DNA of 31,989 nucleotides from Candidatus Micrarchaeota archaeon (GCA_013331805.1 DUFS01000012.1:1-31989); one strand, 5' to 3'. Counted from the first letter of the stretch, positions 7,895 to 17,338 are shown. Numbers and translations: made by a program. Notes: generated by a model not told the origin, from the letters alone.

Positions 7895-8872
7895 ATGGCG
7901 CTCAGCGAGCTGATCACGCTCTTCATATTCATTTTCGTCCTGGCAAAGGCATCCGAAGTGGTGGTGGACAACGCCTCCAAGCTTGCGAAATTCTTCAAGG
8001 TTAGGATGCTTGCAGTTGGTATGCTGCTGGTTGCGGTCTCCACCTCGCTTCCCGAGCTCGCGGTTTCGGTGGCTTCTTCCTCTGCAGGCCAGGGGGCGAT
8101 TGCCGCAGGCAACGTGTTCGGCTCCAATATCGCGAATATTCTGCTGATACTGGGGACCGCCGCCTTCCTTTACGGCTTCAAGGTCGGCAGGGAGACTTTG
8201 GAGGACCTGGCGCTTGTGCTGCTTTTCACAACGGTAATTTCGGTCTACATAATATTCCATTCCTACATATTCGGGCAGGCGCTTGGCTTCTACGAGGGCA
8301 TTCTCCTGCTCCTCATAGCGGTCTGGTATGCCTTCAGGATGCTCAACAAAAAGACCAGGCACGAGCATGAGGAGGGCAAGGAGATAAGCAGGCACGAGGG
8401 TCTCATGGCTTTCCTTTTCTTTTTCGGGGGAGTGATCGCGGTCATCATAAGCTCCAGTTTCGTGGTTGATTCCTCGGTCAAGTTGGCAGACATTCTTGGG
8501 CTGTCAAAAAGCTTCATAGGCGCCACCCTCATTGCCATGGGCACCTCGCTTCCCGAGCTCACGATAGACCTGCAGGCAATAAGAAAAAAGCACTACGGGC
8601 TTGCGCTTGGGGACGCCATAGGCAGCAACATGGCAAACCTCACCCTCGTCCTGGGGACTGCGGCAGCAATCAGCCCGATAGTTGTCCAGCTCCAGGTGTT
8701 CATCGCCGCGCTCCTGTTCGCGGTTATCGCGAACATGGTTTTCCTCTACATAGCGACCGTGAACAGGAAATTCGAGCGCAAGGACGGCGTTGCCATGGGG
8801 CTTCTCTACCTCCTCTACATAATAATCATCTTCTATCTGCAGTTCGGCGACATCCCCCTGGTTGCGGGCTAA
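7895..8872 (+). CDS. Sodium:calcium antiporter (CaCA, YrbG-like)
   Basis: Two alpha repeats, STSLPEL...GNVFGSN and GTSLPEL...GDAIGSN; about 10 TM segments. Confidence 0.92.
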   Translation: MALSELITLFIFIFVLAKASEVVVDNASKLAKFFKVRMLAVGMLLVAVSTSLPELAVSVASSSAGQGAIAAGNVFGSNIANILLILGTAAFLYGFKVGRETLEDLALVLLFTTVISVYIIFHSYIFGQALGFYEGILLLLIAVWYAFRMLNKKTRHEHEEGKEISRHEGLMAFLFFFGGVIAVIISSSFVVDSSVKLADILGLSKSFIGATLIAMGTSLPELTIDLQAIRKKHYGLALGDAIGSNMANLTLVLGTAAAISPIVVQLQVFIAALLFAVIANMVFLYIATVNRKFERKDGVAMGLLYLLYIIIIFYLQFGDIPLVAG

Positions 8873-8904
8873 GCTATAAATAAGGTGCCTGCCCTGTCAA
8901 TTCC

Positions 8905-9921
8905 ATGCCCAGCGAATTCGAAGGCACGGTCAGGAAATATTTCGGCACCATAAGCGATGAGGAGAAAAAAGAGGTGCTTGCGCAAATATCCGCAGGCTCA
9001 AATCCCTCAATCGACTACTTCGTCATGCTGGTTATCTCCGCGCTTATTGCATCAATCGGGCTTCTCACCAACAGCGTGGCTGCGATAATCGGCGCCATGC
9101 TGGTCTCGCCCCTGCTCCTTCCGGTCATCGGCATTTCGCTCGGGGCAGTAAAGGGCGACCTGAAGCTTTTCAGGACCGCAGTGGAAGCCGAGGCAAAAGG
9201 AATAGCAATTGTTCTTGTTCTGGTCACAGTGCTTACATTGGTAGTCCCGAACGCGGCAGTGACGAGCGAAATACTCCTGAGGACCCACCCCACGCCGCTT
9301 GACCTCATCATTGCGCTTGCAAGCGGCGCGGCAGCGGCATACGCGCTTTCCAAGAAGAGCATAGGCGCCGCCCTGCCAGGGGTTGCAATAGCCGTCGCAA
9401 TAATGCCCCCCATTTGCGTGGTGGGCATAGGCTTTGCCCTGCGCATGCCCGAGGTTGCATTGGGAAGCGCCCTTACGTTCGTTGCGAACATAGTGGCAAT
9501 AAACTTCGCGGCATCCGCGGTCTTCTGGTTCATGAACTTCAGCCCCAAGTGGTCGCTCTCGGCAGAGGAGGAGGTGAAAAAGAAGCTGAAGACATCGTCC
9601 ATCCTCCTTCTCCTGATTTTCCTGCCCCTTGCCTGGATAATGTGGGACAGCATGAGCACAGGGAACGTCCGGACGACCATTGGCAATGTCATCTCGTCCC
9701 AGCTGGACGGCATTCCGCAGGCGCAGCTTGTCAAGGCTGAATTCGCCTACGCCAAGAGCGGTTCAATCGCAGTCATTGCCACAATTGACTCGCCCAAGGA
9801 AATCACGCAGGACAAGGCTGACGAAATGCGGCTTGCGCTCGAGAAGAACCTCAATTCCAGGGTCGAGCTGAACCTCAAGGTGAACCAGATTAAGCTGGTG
9901 GAATCAGGGCAGCCTTCCTAG
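8905..9921 (+). CDS. DUF389 / TIGR00341 family membrane protein
   Basis: IASIGLLTNSVAAIIGAMLVSPL, EILLRT.P, GVAIAVAIMPP motifs. Confidence 0.88.
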   Translation: MPSEFEGTVRKYFGTISDEEKKEVLAQISAGSNPSIDYFVMLVISALIASIGLLTNSVAAIIGAMLVSPLLLPVIGISLGAVKGDLKLFRTAVEAEAKGIAIVLVLVTVLTLVVPNAAVTSEILLRTHPTPLDLIIALASGAAAAYALSKKSIGAALPGVAIAVAIMPPICVVGIGFALRMPEVALGSALTFVANIVAINFAASAVFWFMNFSPKWSLSAEEEVKKKLKTSSILLLLIFLPLAWIMWDSMSTGNVRTTIGNVISSQLDGIPQAQLVKAEFAYAKSGSIAVIATIDSPKEITQDKADEMRLALEKNLNSRVELNLKVNQIKLVESGQPS

Positions 9922-10301
9922 CCCTTTCAGGCTGCGGAAAACGGATTTCACGTTCTGGAGAAGCCCAAGCAGCCTCCTTTCCTGGTCCCTTATGTACTTG
10001 AGGGGCGTTTTGTCAGTGAGGCTGCCGAACAGCTCCATTTCGTCTTTTACCAGCCTCGTAATAAGGAAGTTCTTCCTAACCTTCTCAACTGCATTTTTCC
10101 CCATCGCCTTGGCTTCCCGGCCGTGGGAAAGAAGATAGGCGACCTTTGTAGCGCAGTCACCAGCCCCCCGCTAGCCTTGCGCCACTTTACTTTGCTTCCT
10201 TCGTGGTAGTGCACATAGGGCTCGCCGTGGCTGACCACAAGAAACTCTTTTCCAGCAATTTTGCTTTTGGCTGCCTGCACCAGCCGATTATAGCTGTCCA
10301 T
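9904..10301 (-). pseudogene. Deletion chimera: trehalose-6-phosphate synthase N-terminus joined out of frame to a TreT-like glycosyltransferase C-terminus
   Basis: LVVSHGEPY...ASGGLVTAL (GT20 start) from ATG 10301 with AGGTGG RBS. Another frame reads CATKVAYLL...MGKNAVEKVRKNFLITR (GT4/TreT end). Confidence 0.75.
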
Positions 10302-10315
10302 ATTGCCACCTTGCG

Positions 10316-11392
10316 CTAGCTCCGCTTCCGAGGCCGCTTCCACGCGCCATCCTTCAGGTAAACGTCCCTCTTGGGATAGGGTATCTCTATTTTTTCCTTC
10401 ATGAACCTCTTATGCAGGGCCTTGATGAATTCATGAGTTATCAGGTATTTGTCCACGTATTCGTTAACCCGCAAAATCACGCTGAACCCTATCCCGGAGT
10501 CGCCGAACGAATTGTAGCGGACAAAAGGCTGGAATTTCACGTCCGCGCCTTTCACCATTTTCTGCACATTCTTCGCCACCTCTATCGTCACCTTCTCCGC
10601 CCTTGTCAGGTCTGTGTCGTAGCTTACCGAGACCGGTATGACCACGCCCATGGACTTGTCAGGCGCGTAATAGTTCGTGATGACGCTTGACGCCACCTTT
10701 GAGTTCGGTACCACCACGAGATTGTTGGCAAGCGTGCGGATTTGTGTGCTCCTCCAGCCTATCTTCTGGACATGGCCCTCGTAACCTCCCTCAAGCTGAA
10801 TGTAGTCGCCTGAGCGGATGGGGCGGTCGACCGTGAGGTAAATCCCGGAAAAGAAATTCGCGAGCGTGTCCTGGAACGCAAGCGCCACCGCAAGCCCGGC
10901 TATACCCATTGATGCAATCAGCGGAGTTACTTCCACGCCCAGTTCTGAAAGCGCGGTTATGGCCGAGATCACTATTATTGCAGCAGTGGCAATGCGCCTG
11001 AACACCACTATCAGGTCTGTCATCGCCTCGTTTTTCGGAGCCCTTTCATCTGCGTACCAGGCGAGGAACGCATCCACCACCCTCAGTGCGGCATAGGCCA
11101 CAACCGCAATGCCGAGTATGGACGCCCCTGTGGTTATCGGCTGCGAAAATTGTAAGAAGGAAGGAAGCGAGGAAAGCGCAAGATAAGTCCCAAGCAAGAT
11201 TATGGCTGCTGTGACGGGCTTTCGTATAGCCTCGAGCATGCGGTCGTCCAGCGTGGTCGCAGTCTTCTCGGTCAGCCTTTTCACATATTTCGTCAATAGC
11301 AGGTTCACCACCCTGGATGCCACTAGCGAGGCGGCGATCGCTAATATGACCCAGCCCATGTCAATCAAATCAATTCCCATACATTTCACCAA
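10316..11392 (-). CDS. mscS: Small-conductance mechanosensitive channel
   Basis: GIAGLAVALAFQDTLANFFSG, GDYI, IGWRST, VVPNS and IEIPYP motifs. Confidence 0.93.
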   Translation of the reverse strand: MVKCMGIDLIDMGWVILAIAASLVASRVVNLLLTKYVKRLTEKTATTLDDRMLEAIRKPVTAAIILLGTYLALSSLPSFLQFSQPITTGASILGIAVVAYAALRVVDAFLAWYADERAPKNEAMTDLIVVFRRIATAAIIVISAITALSELGVEVTPLIASMGIAGLAVALAFQDTLANFFSGIYLTVDRPIRSGDYIQLEGGYEGHVQKIGWRSTQIRTLANNLVVVPNSKVASSVITNYYAPDKSMGVVIPVSVSYDTDLTRAEKVTIEVAKNVQKMVKGADVKFQPFVRYNSFGDSGIGFSVILRVNEYVDKYLITHEFIKALHKRFMKEKIEIPYPKRDVYLKDGAWKRPRKRS

Positions 11393-11408
11393 TCACGCCC
11401 TCCCTCTT

Positions 11409-12743
11409 TCAGTTGGCGATTATCAAAAGCTCGGGCAGGGTCTTCACCTTTAAGGACGAATCAATCCTGGTTTCAGGGTTGATCGCGATGGATATCCCGA
11501 CTTCCCTGAACATCTCCTCGTCAGACTTGGCATTCCCTATCGCTATCGCCTCGTGCGGCTTGACACGCAGGGCCCGGAGCAATTGCCGTGTGGCTTTCCC
11601 TTTGGAAAAGGTGTGCTTGTCGGACTTGAAATTCGGTATGCTCACCTTGCCGGTCAGCTTGTCATTTTTCACGTGCAGCGCAGGGCAGATGACCAGGTCG
11701 AAATACCCCTTGGGGAACACCGAATCTATCACGCGCCGGAAGGCAAATGAGACCACCGCGAGCCTGTAGCCCATCCTCTTGAGGTATTCCAGAGTCTCGT
11801 ATGCGTAGGGCGCGGCATTAACCTGCGACGACAGCCTTTCCAGTTCCCCTGTGCCCAAGCCGCGAAGCGATCGGGCGATTCCCCTGGTCAGTTCCTTTTC
11901 GTTTATGGCCCCCTTGTAGAAGTTTTCCCGCAGTTCAGAAAGCCTTTTTCCCATCCCCAAAGATTTGAATATCTGGATTATGCTGCTCCCCCTGACAAGA
12001 GTGCCGTCAAAGTCGAATATGATGAGCTTGTGCTTCTTGGCCAGGAAGCCGGCGTTCTGCAGTATGGTTCTAGTGACCTCTCGGGCAGTCCCAACAAGAT
12101 AGGGCATCTCGCGGCGCTTGTGCTTCAGCTCCCCAATATTCACCTCCACTATCCTCTCCCCTTTCTTGAGCGCTGAAAGCACTATGGAGATGTCAATGCC
12201 CCAGTCGTGCGAGACGTCCAGCGAAAGCAGGAGCTCCTTTCTTATCGCGAACTGCCCGGACAGCGGCTGGGAAAGGGAAGCTTCGGGATACAGGAATTGC
12301 AGCAGGGGTTTTGCAACAAGCTCAGTCACCCTTCCGGCTTCCCTTTCGAACGTGGATTTGCAGAACCGCGCCTCGTTCTCAATCAGGGGCTGCGCAAGCT
12401 TGGCGATTATCTCGTGCGAGAAGTTCTCCAGGTCGGCGTCGATGAACACAAGGATGGAACTTTTCGCGGCCAGGGCGCCGCTCATTATTGCCGCCCCCTT
12501 GCCCAAATTCTTCTTGTGCTGCACGAGCTTTGCCCCGCACTCACGGGCGATTTCAGCAGACCTGTCGGCCGAGCCGTCGTCGACTACGATAATTTCCTTT
12601 GTTAACCAGCTTTTCTTGGCCTCATTGACCACGTAAGCCAATGTCTTTTCCTCATTGTAGCAGGGTATGATGACCGACGGACGCTCAGGCACAAGCAGCT
12701 TCCTTAGCGATACCAGTGGATTTTCGATTTGCCCGTCAGCCAT
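11409..12743 (-). CDS. Glucosyl-3-phosphoglycerate synthase-like glycosyltransferase fused to a HAD (SerB-like) phosphatase
   Basis: IIPCYNEE, FIDADL, GRVTELVAKPLL, QPLSGQFA, then FDFDGTL and AIGNAKSD. Start 12743 preferred from TATA spacing (12766-12772); 12752 is the alternative. Confidence 0.8.
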   Translation of the reverse strand: MADGQIENPLVSLRKLLVPERPSVIIPCYNEEKTLAYVVNEAKKSWLTKEIIVVDDGSADRSAEIARECGAKLVQHKKNLGKGAAIMSGALAAKSSILVFIDADLENFSHEIIAKLAQPLIENEARFCKSTFEREAGRVTELVAKPLLQFLYPEASLSQPLSGQFAIRKELLLSLDVSHDWGIDISIVLSALKKGERIVEVNIGELKHKRREMPYLVGTAREVTRTILQNAGFLAKKHKLIIFDFDGTLVRGSSIIQIFKSLGMGKRLSELRENFYKGAINEKELTRGIARSLRGLGTGELERLSSQVNAAPYAYETLEYLKRMGYRLAVVSFAFRRVIDSVFPKGYFDLVICPALHVKNDKLTGKVSIPNFKSDKHTFSKGKATRQLLRALRVKPHEAIAIGNAKSDEEMFREVGISIAINPETRIDSSLKVKTLPELLIIAN

Positions 12744-12781
12744 GAGCTGCATACTCGATCGAGGATTTTAAACCAAACAGC

Positions 12782-12823
12782 TCCACAATCGGCGTAACAG
12801 CATTCCACAATCGTGGAACGCCG
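12782..12823. promoter_or_regulatory. Palindromic / direct-repeat site upstream of the GT-HAD operon
   Basis: TCCACAATCG twice (12782, 12804); palindrome TTCCAC-N4-GTGGAA (12803-12818). Confidence 0.5.
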
Positions 12824-12825
12824 TT

Positions 12826-13524
12826 CTATTTTTTCAGCGCCCTGCTCAGGAGCGGGGGCACCATGAAGGTGGTCAGCAGCGCCATTGCGGAAATTATCGA
12901 GTACTGCCCGGCAGTGAGCACATTAGTGGTCAGTCCGAGCGATGCAACAATGAGCGCGACCTCCCCGCGGGGAGCCATGCCTATCCCCACCGCAATCGCT
13001 TCCTTTTGCCTTAAGCCAGCAAGAACAGAGGCAAGTGCGCAGGGGATGAGCTTGCTTGCGAACGCAATCAGGGTAATGATGACAATGGGCACAGCAAACT
13101 CCACAAGCGCATGCACGTCTACCAGCATTCCCAGGCTGATGAAAAATATGGGCATGAACAGCATCTCAAGCCCGTAAGTTTTGTCCTCTATCTCCTTGAG
13201 GTGCCTGCTCCTGTTCAGCACAATGCCTGCAATGAACGCGCCCACTATTGCCGATAGCTTGATGAATTCGGCTAGGTAGGCGTACATAAGCATGAATGCA
13301 AGCGCGAGCATGAACGTCTTGGCGCTTTTGCAGTAATCGGTGGGCGCACTTATCACTTCCTTGCTGGAAATGCTTGAGCGGTGGTGCGATATCGGTTCGG
13401 TTAGCCCTGACAGCCATTCTTTGCATTCTTCAAGCCCGCAGGCTTCGGCGCCAAAAAGTATCCTGCACGCGCCGCGCCATCTTTTTTCAAGAACATCAAG
13501 CGTTTCACTCATCCAAGTATCCAC
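12826..13524 (-). pseudogene. In-frame chimera: unrelated soluble N-terminus fused to the C-terminal half of a cation:proton antiporter (CPA2/KefB-like)
   Basis: About 69 hydrophilic residues, then an abrupt switch to LSAIVGAFIAG, FMPIFFISLGM and GMAPRGEVALI. The N-terminal TM half is missing. Confidence 0.72.
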
Positions 13525-15252
13525 CTATTCCTTCCTTCGTTTCTGCATCTCGAACATTTCTATTATTTCCTTTGTTGTCGTGATTTCCTCGGATCCCTTG
13601 TCGTCGCGAAGAGACATCATCCGCGGGAAGCGGAGAGCGTAGCCCGTGTCCCCGACCATGCCGCAGGTGTGCATCGGAGAAAGAGTTATCTCGTCTGCTG
13701 CAACAGTGATAACGTACGCAGGCTTGACCCAGAAGTCCGGCGTAAGTTTTGAGTTCACTCCTTTTGGCTTTTCCTTCACTTTTATTTCATCCAACATCTT
13801 CTCGAATGACTGCATTTCGTCCTCGGAAAAGCCGCTGCCGATTTTCGCAATTGACTCGAATTCGCCCGTTTCTTCATTGAGAACCGCGGCAAGCAGCCCC
13901 CCGAACTCGAATTCCTGGCGCTGCCCTTTTCCAAGATAGTATCCAATGATCACGACATCAACCGTGTCCGCAAGAGCGCCATAGGATTTCTTGAGCTTTA
14001 TCCAGGCGAACTTGCGCGCGCCTGCCACATAGGGCTGCGAGAGGTCCTTTGCGATTATTCCCTCTAATCCTGCGCCCAAAAGGTTTGTGAAGTAGTTGTC
14101 CAGCTTCTTTGGGTCGTCGGTGTAGATGAGCTCGGAAGGGACGAGCGGCTCTGTGTTGGCGAATACCTTCTCCAGTGTTTTGCGGCGGGAGGAATAAGGG
14201 GAGAGCGTAAGGTCCTTGCCGTTCAGGTACATCAGGTCAAATACGAACAGGCGGAGCGGGAAGTCCCTTGCCATTCCTGCTATGCCATATTTTCTCTTGC
14301 GCTGTATTGTCTGCTGGAAGGAGTAGTATTTTTTCTCGCTGGCGTTGTAGGCGAGCGCTTCGCCTTCGAATATTGCGCTCTTGGCTTTCAGCTTGCTTGC
14401 AGCAGAAGTGATTTCAGGGAACATGTGCGTCATTTTCTCGAGTTTCCTCGAGTAAATTTCAACCTTGCCAGAGGAAAGATGCACCTGCATGCGAAGACCG
14501 TCATATTTTGCCTCCACTGCGCATTTTCCAAGCTTTTTGGTTATTTCCTCTGCGTTTGGGAGCCTTTCGGCAAGTGCGGGGCGGATGGGCTTGAAGGGCT
14601 GCGTGGAAAAGTGGGACAAGTCCTTTCCGGCTATGTAGTGCTCGGCCACTTCCCCCAAGTCCGAGCAGAGGTTGAATGCCCGGAGAATGATTTGGCTGTC
14701 CGCCTTGCCTTCGTGCTTCATCATGGAAAGCGCATCAATAATCGAGGGATCGCCCACCCCGAGCCGCAGCTTGCCCAAGCAGAAGCGGATGAGATACTTT
14801 GCCTCAAGCGGGGTTGCTCCGTTCAAAAGCTCGGAAAGGATGGAAATCTTGCTCTCCTGGCTGCCCGTGCCGCTCATTTGCGCGATTTTCACAAAAGACG
14901 AGTATGCCCTTGAAAGCGTATTGGGCGAGGAGGCAAGCGACATCTGGGATTTTTTGGAAAGCAGGTTTTCGGCAGCAGAGCCCAGGTCGCCGCTCTTTTT
15001 GTATTCCGAGAGAACCGCCTTTTCACTGTGCCCCGAAGTCTGCGAGATGGCGCGGATTGCGAACTTCTCCCCGATTCCTATGTCAAGGCCCTCATGCGAA
15101 GGCGCCACGTTCCCCTCTATTATGTATATTAAGGGGCGGATTTCGTCCTTTTTACACTTCTTCAAAAGGGCAGCCACCTGTGAGGACATTTCAAGCCGCG
15201 AAGCCGTTGCCTCGATTGCCGCAAAGCTTTCGGCGACCTCTGAAAAGAGCAT
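13525..15252 (-). CDS. lig: ATP-dependent DNA ligase
   Basis: EAKYDG adenylation motif, EGIIAK, WIKLK, ALRFPR...RDDK. Confidence 0.96.
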   Translation of the reverse strand: MLFSEVAESFAAIEATASRLEMSSQVAALLKKCKKDEIRPLIYIIEGNVAPSHEGLDIGIGEKFAIRAISQTSGHSEKAVLSEYKKSGDLGSAAENLLSKKSQMSLASSPNTLSRAYSSFVKIAQMSGTGSQESKISILSELLNGATPLEAKYLIRFCLGKLRLGVGDPSIIDALSMMKHEGKADSQIILRAFNLCSDLGEVAEHYIAGKDLSHFSTQPFKPIRPALAERLPNAEEITKKLGKCAVEAKYDGLRMQVHLSSGKVEIYSRKLEKMTHMFPEITSAASKLKAKSAIFEGEALAYNASEKKYYSFQQTIQRKRKYGIAGMARDFPLRLFVFDLMYLNGKDLTLSPYSSRRKTLEKVFANTEPLVPSELIYTDDPKKLDNYFTNLLGAGLEGIIAKDLSQPYVAGARKFAWIKLKKSYGALADTVDVVIIGYYLGKGQRQEFEFGGLLAAVLNEETGEFESIAKIGSGFSEDEMQSFEKMLDEIKVKEKPKGVNSKLTPDFWVKPAYVITVAADEITLSPMHTCGMVGDTGYALRFPRMMSLRDDKGSEEITTTKEIIEMFEMQKRRKE

Positions 15253-15273
15253 GCATGTTAAACGGATGGCAAA

Positions 15274-15281
15274 TTTTTAAA
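15274..15281. promoter_or_regulatory. Bidirectional TATA box between lig and the pilin operon
   Basis: TTTTTAAA lies 22 nt from both start codons (15252 and 15303). Confidence 0.55.
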
Positions 15282-15302
15282 CAGCAGCACCGATACTCAC
15301 GC

Positions 15303-16067
15303 ATGGCAATTGTACGGGGGCAGGCGAGCGCAGAGCTCATATCGATAATGGGAATCTCCCTCCTTGTGGTCCTTATCTTTTCCCTGCTTGCGGCCCAGGC
15401 ATTCACTGGCATCGGCCTGCAGCAGAACTACAATGAGGCCTATGAGTCTGTGCAGGCCCTTGCATCTGCAGCGGACGCAGTGCATGCGCAAGGTGAGGGC
15501 GCGACAAAAATCGTGACCATCAAAATCCCCCCGAACGCGGTTTTCGGCTCCAGCCAAACCTACATTGGAAGGCCTTCAGGAAGCCCTGACAGTGTGTCCT
15601 CCAAGGAAATAGCAATCAGGCTGGACAACAATAGCGTGTTTTCAACTTCGTCTGTGCGGCTTTCAGGCTTGCTTCCTTCGGCTCCTGGCCAATACAGGAT
15701 GAAGGTGACCGCAAGGGCAGGATATGTCTCAATCTACCCCCATCTGATCGAGCTTGACCGGAACTCGCTTTCGATAATCATGGCGCAAGGCGAATCCCGG
15801 ACTGCTATAATAAAGGTGTACAGCGCGGGAAGCTCCCCGGTCCCTGTGAACACCAACTCAAGCTGGTCCTTTCCGGGCATCAATGTTTCTGTGTCGCCAT
15901 TTTTGCTGAACGCGAGCGTTTCGGGCAGCCCGCTGACCCTTGTATTCAACTCCAGCCCTGATGCCTCGGGCTTCCACAATTTCCAGCTTCTACTCAACGC
16001 CACTGCCTCCGGCGGCACAGAGGAAGTGGTCAGCCTGCCTATCAGCGTCAACGTGCTTTCCGGCTGA
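15303..16067 (+). CDS. Class III signal peptide pilin-like protein
   Basis: MAIVRG|QASAEL followed by a hydrophobic helix. True start is ATG 15303; the longer ORF overlaps lig. Confidence 0.85.
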   Translation: MAIVRGQASAELISIMGISLLVVLIFSLLAAQAFTGIGLQQNYNEAYESVQALASAADAVHAQGEGATKIVTIKIPPNAVFGSSQTYIGRPSGSPDSVSSKEIAIRLDNNSVFSTSSVRLSGLLPSAPGQYRMKVTARAGYVSIYPHLIELDRNSLSIIMAQGESRTAIIKVYSAGSSPVPVNTNSSWSFPGINVSVSPFLLNASVSGSPLTLVFNSSPDASGFHNFQLLLNATASGGTEEVVSLPISVNVLSG

Positions 16068-16108
16068 GCCTGGCAAATCATATAAAGTTCAGCACCGGAT
16101 GGGTTTGC

Positions 16109-16933
16109 ATGCATAAAGAAAGAGCACAGGCGGGCGCCAGCCCTTGCGCGTTAAGAGTAGCGGGCTGCGCAGGCCAGGCGAGCATGGAGCTCATATCAAT
16201 ACTCGGGATTGCGCTGGTCGTGATCCTCTTTTTCGCGGTTTTCTCCTCAGGATTGCTGACCGACATAGGCGTGCAGCAGGACACAAAGGATGCGAGGAAC
16301 GCGGTGCAGGGCATTGCCGAAGCCGCTGATGCAGTTTTCGCGCAGGGGGAGGGGGCAAGCAAGTCGGTTGCGATCACCATCCCGCCAAGCGCAATCTTCG
16401 GGCCGAACGACACATTCGTTGGCAAGCCTCCAAGCGCCCTGCCTTCGGCGCCTTCGAACATGGTGCGCATAAGGCTCGAAAACAATGACATCTACGCTTT
16501 CAGCAGGGCGCCTTTGGTCGGAAGCCTGCCAGGCTCGCCAGGAGGATATGTGGTGAATGTGACTTCCAGGGGCTCTTTTGTGACAGTGGGCGCAGGCCTG
16601 GTGTCAGCAAGCCCGAGCAGAGTCCGAATCGTGCTTGACCGCAGCAGCACCAAGTCGGCATTCCTGACGTTCACCATTCTCACAAACGAAACCATCGTTG
16701 GCGTGAACGTAACAAAGGATTGGGGCTTTTCAAGCCCTACAATTTCAATAACGCCTTCAATATTCACAAGCAACGGAGTTTCCAGCATGCAGGTGAAAAT
16801 CGACGCGGCTTCGGATACCGATGATGCAGGCACATACGAGGGCGCGCTCAATGTCAGCGCCTGGAAGGCAAGTGACAACCAGACGCAACAGGGCTTCCAG
16901 CTGCCTCTGAGCGTGGAGGTAAGGGTGGGCTGA
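16109..16933 (+). CDS. Class III signal peptide pilin-like protein, paralog of the upstream gene
   Basis: G|QASMELISILG; shares AADAV.AQGEGA.K.V.I.IPP with the previous ORF. Confidence 0.85.
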   Translation: MHKERAQAGASPCALRVAGCAGQASMELISILGIALVVILFFAVFSSGLLTDIGVQQDTKDARNAVQGIAEAADAVFAQGEGASKSVAITIPPSAIFGPNDTFVGKPPSALPSAPSNMVRIRLENNDIYAFSRAPLVGSLPGSPGGYVVNVTSRGSFVTVGAGLVSASPSRVRIVLDRSSTKSAFLTFTILTNETIVGVNVTKDWGFSSPTISITPSIFTSNGVSSMQVKIDAASDTDDAGTYEGALNVSAWKASDNQTQQGFQLPLSVEVRVG

Positions 16934-17337
16934 TGAAAATGCGTGCGCAGCTGTCAGTGGAGATGGTGGTGATAAGCGCCGCCATGATCGGCCTCCTCAT
17001 TGCCATGTTCCTGGTGAACGAGTACCTCCGCTCCTCCTGGGAAAGCCAGAAGCAATCGTTCCAGGCGGGCGCTGCGGCAAACAGGCTGGCAATGGCAATT
17101 AACCAGGCGTCATCCTCGGGCAACGGGGCCACGATAGCATTTTTCAACAGGGTGGGACAGGACATCACAAACATGTCGCTTTATGACGGCCGCTCGGTAA
17201 GGGCATTCTACCTTGCAGGGGGCTATTCCTCTGCCGCGATTTCAACAAACAACACCAATGTATCCGGAAGCATACCCCTCAACCAGCTGCTGCTGATAAG
17301 GAACGTCAATGGAACAATATATGTCGAGGCTGCATGA
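16933..17337 (+). CDS. Small pilin-like protein
   Basis: MKMRA|QLSVE followed by a hydrophobic helix; TGATG coupling. Confidence 0.82.
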   Translation: MKMRAQLSVEMVVISAAMIGLLIAMFLVNEYLRSSWESQKQSFQAGAAANRLAMAINQASSSGNGATIAFFNRVGQDITNMSLYDGRSVRAFYLAGGYSSAAISTNNTNVSGSIPLNQLLLIRNVNGTIYVEAA

Positions 17338-17338
17338 A

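Noticed and set aside
8041..8560. Exact 19-nt direct repeat CACCTCGCTTCCCGAGCTC at 8041 and 8542
   Set aside because: It encodes the TSLPEL alpha-1 and alpha-2 repeats intrinsic to CaCA antiporters.
14799..15302. 168-aa N-terminal extension of the first pilin ORF
   Set aside because: It overlaps lig on the opposite strand; the signal peptide and TATA spacing point to ATG 15303.
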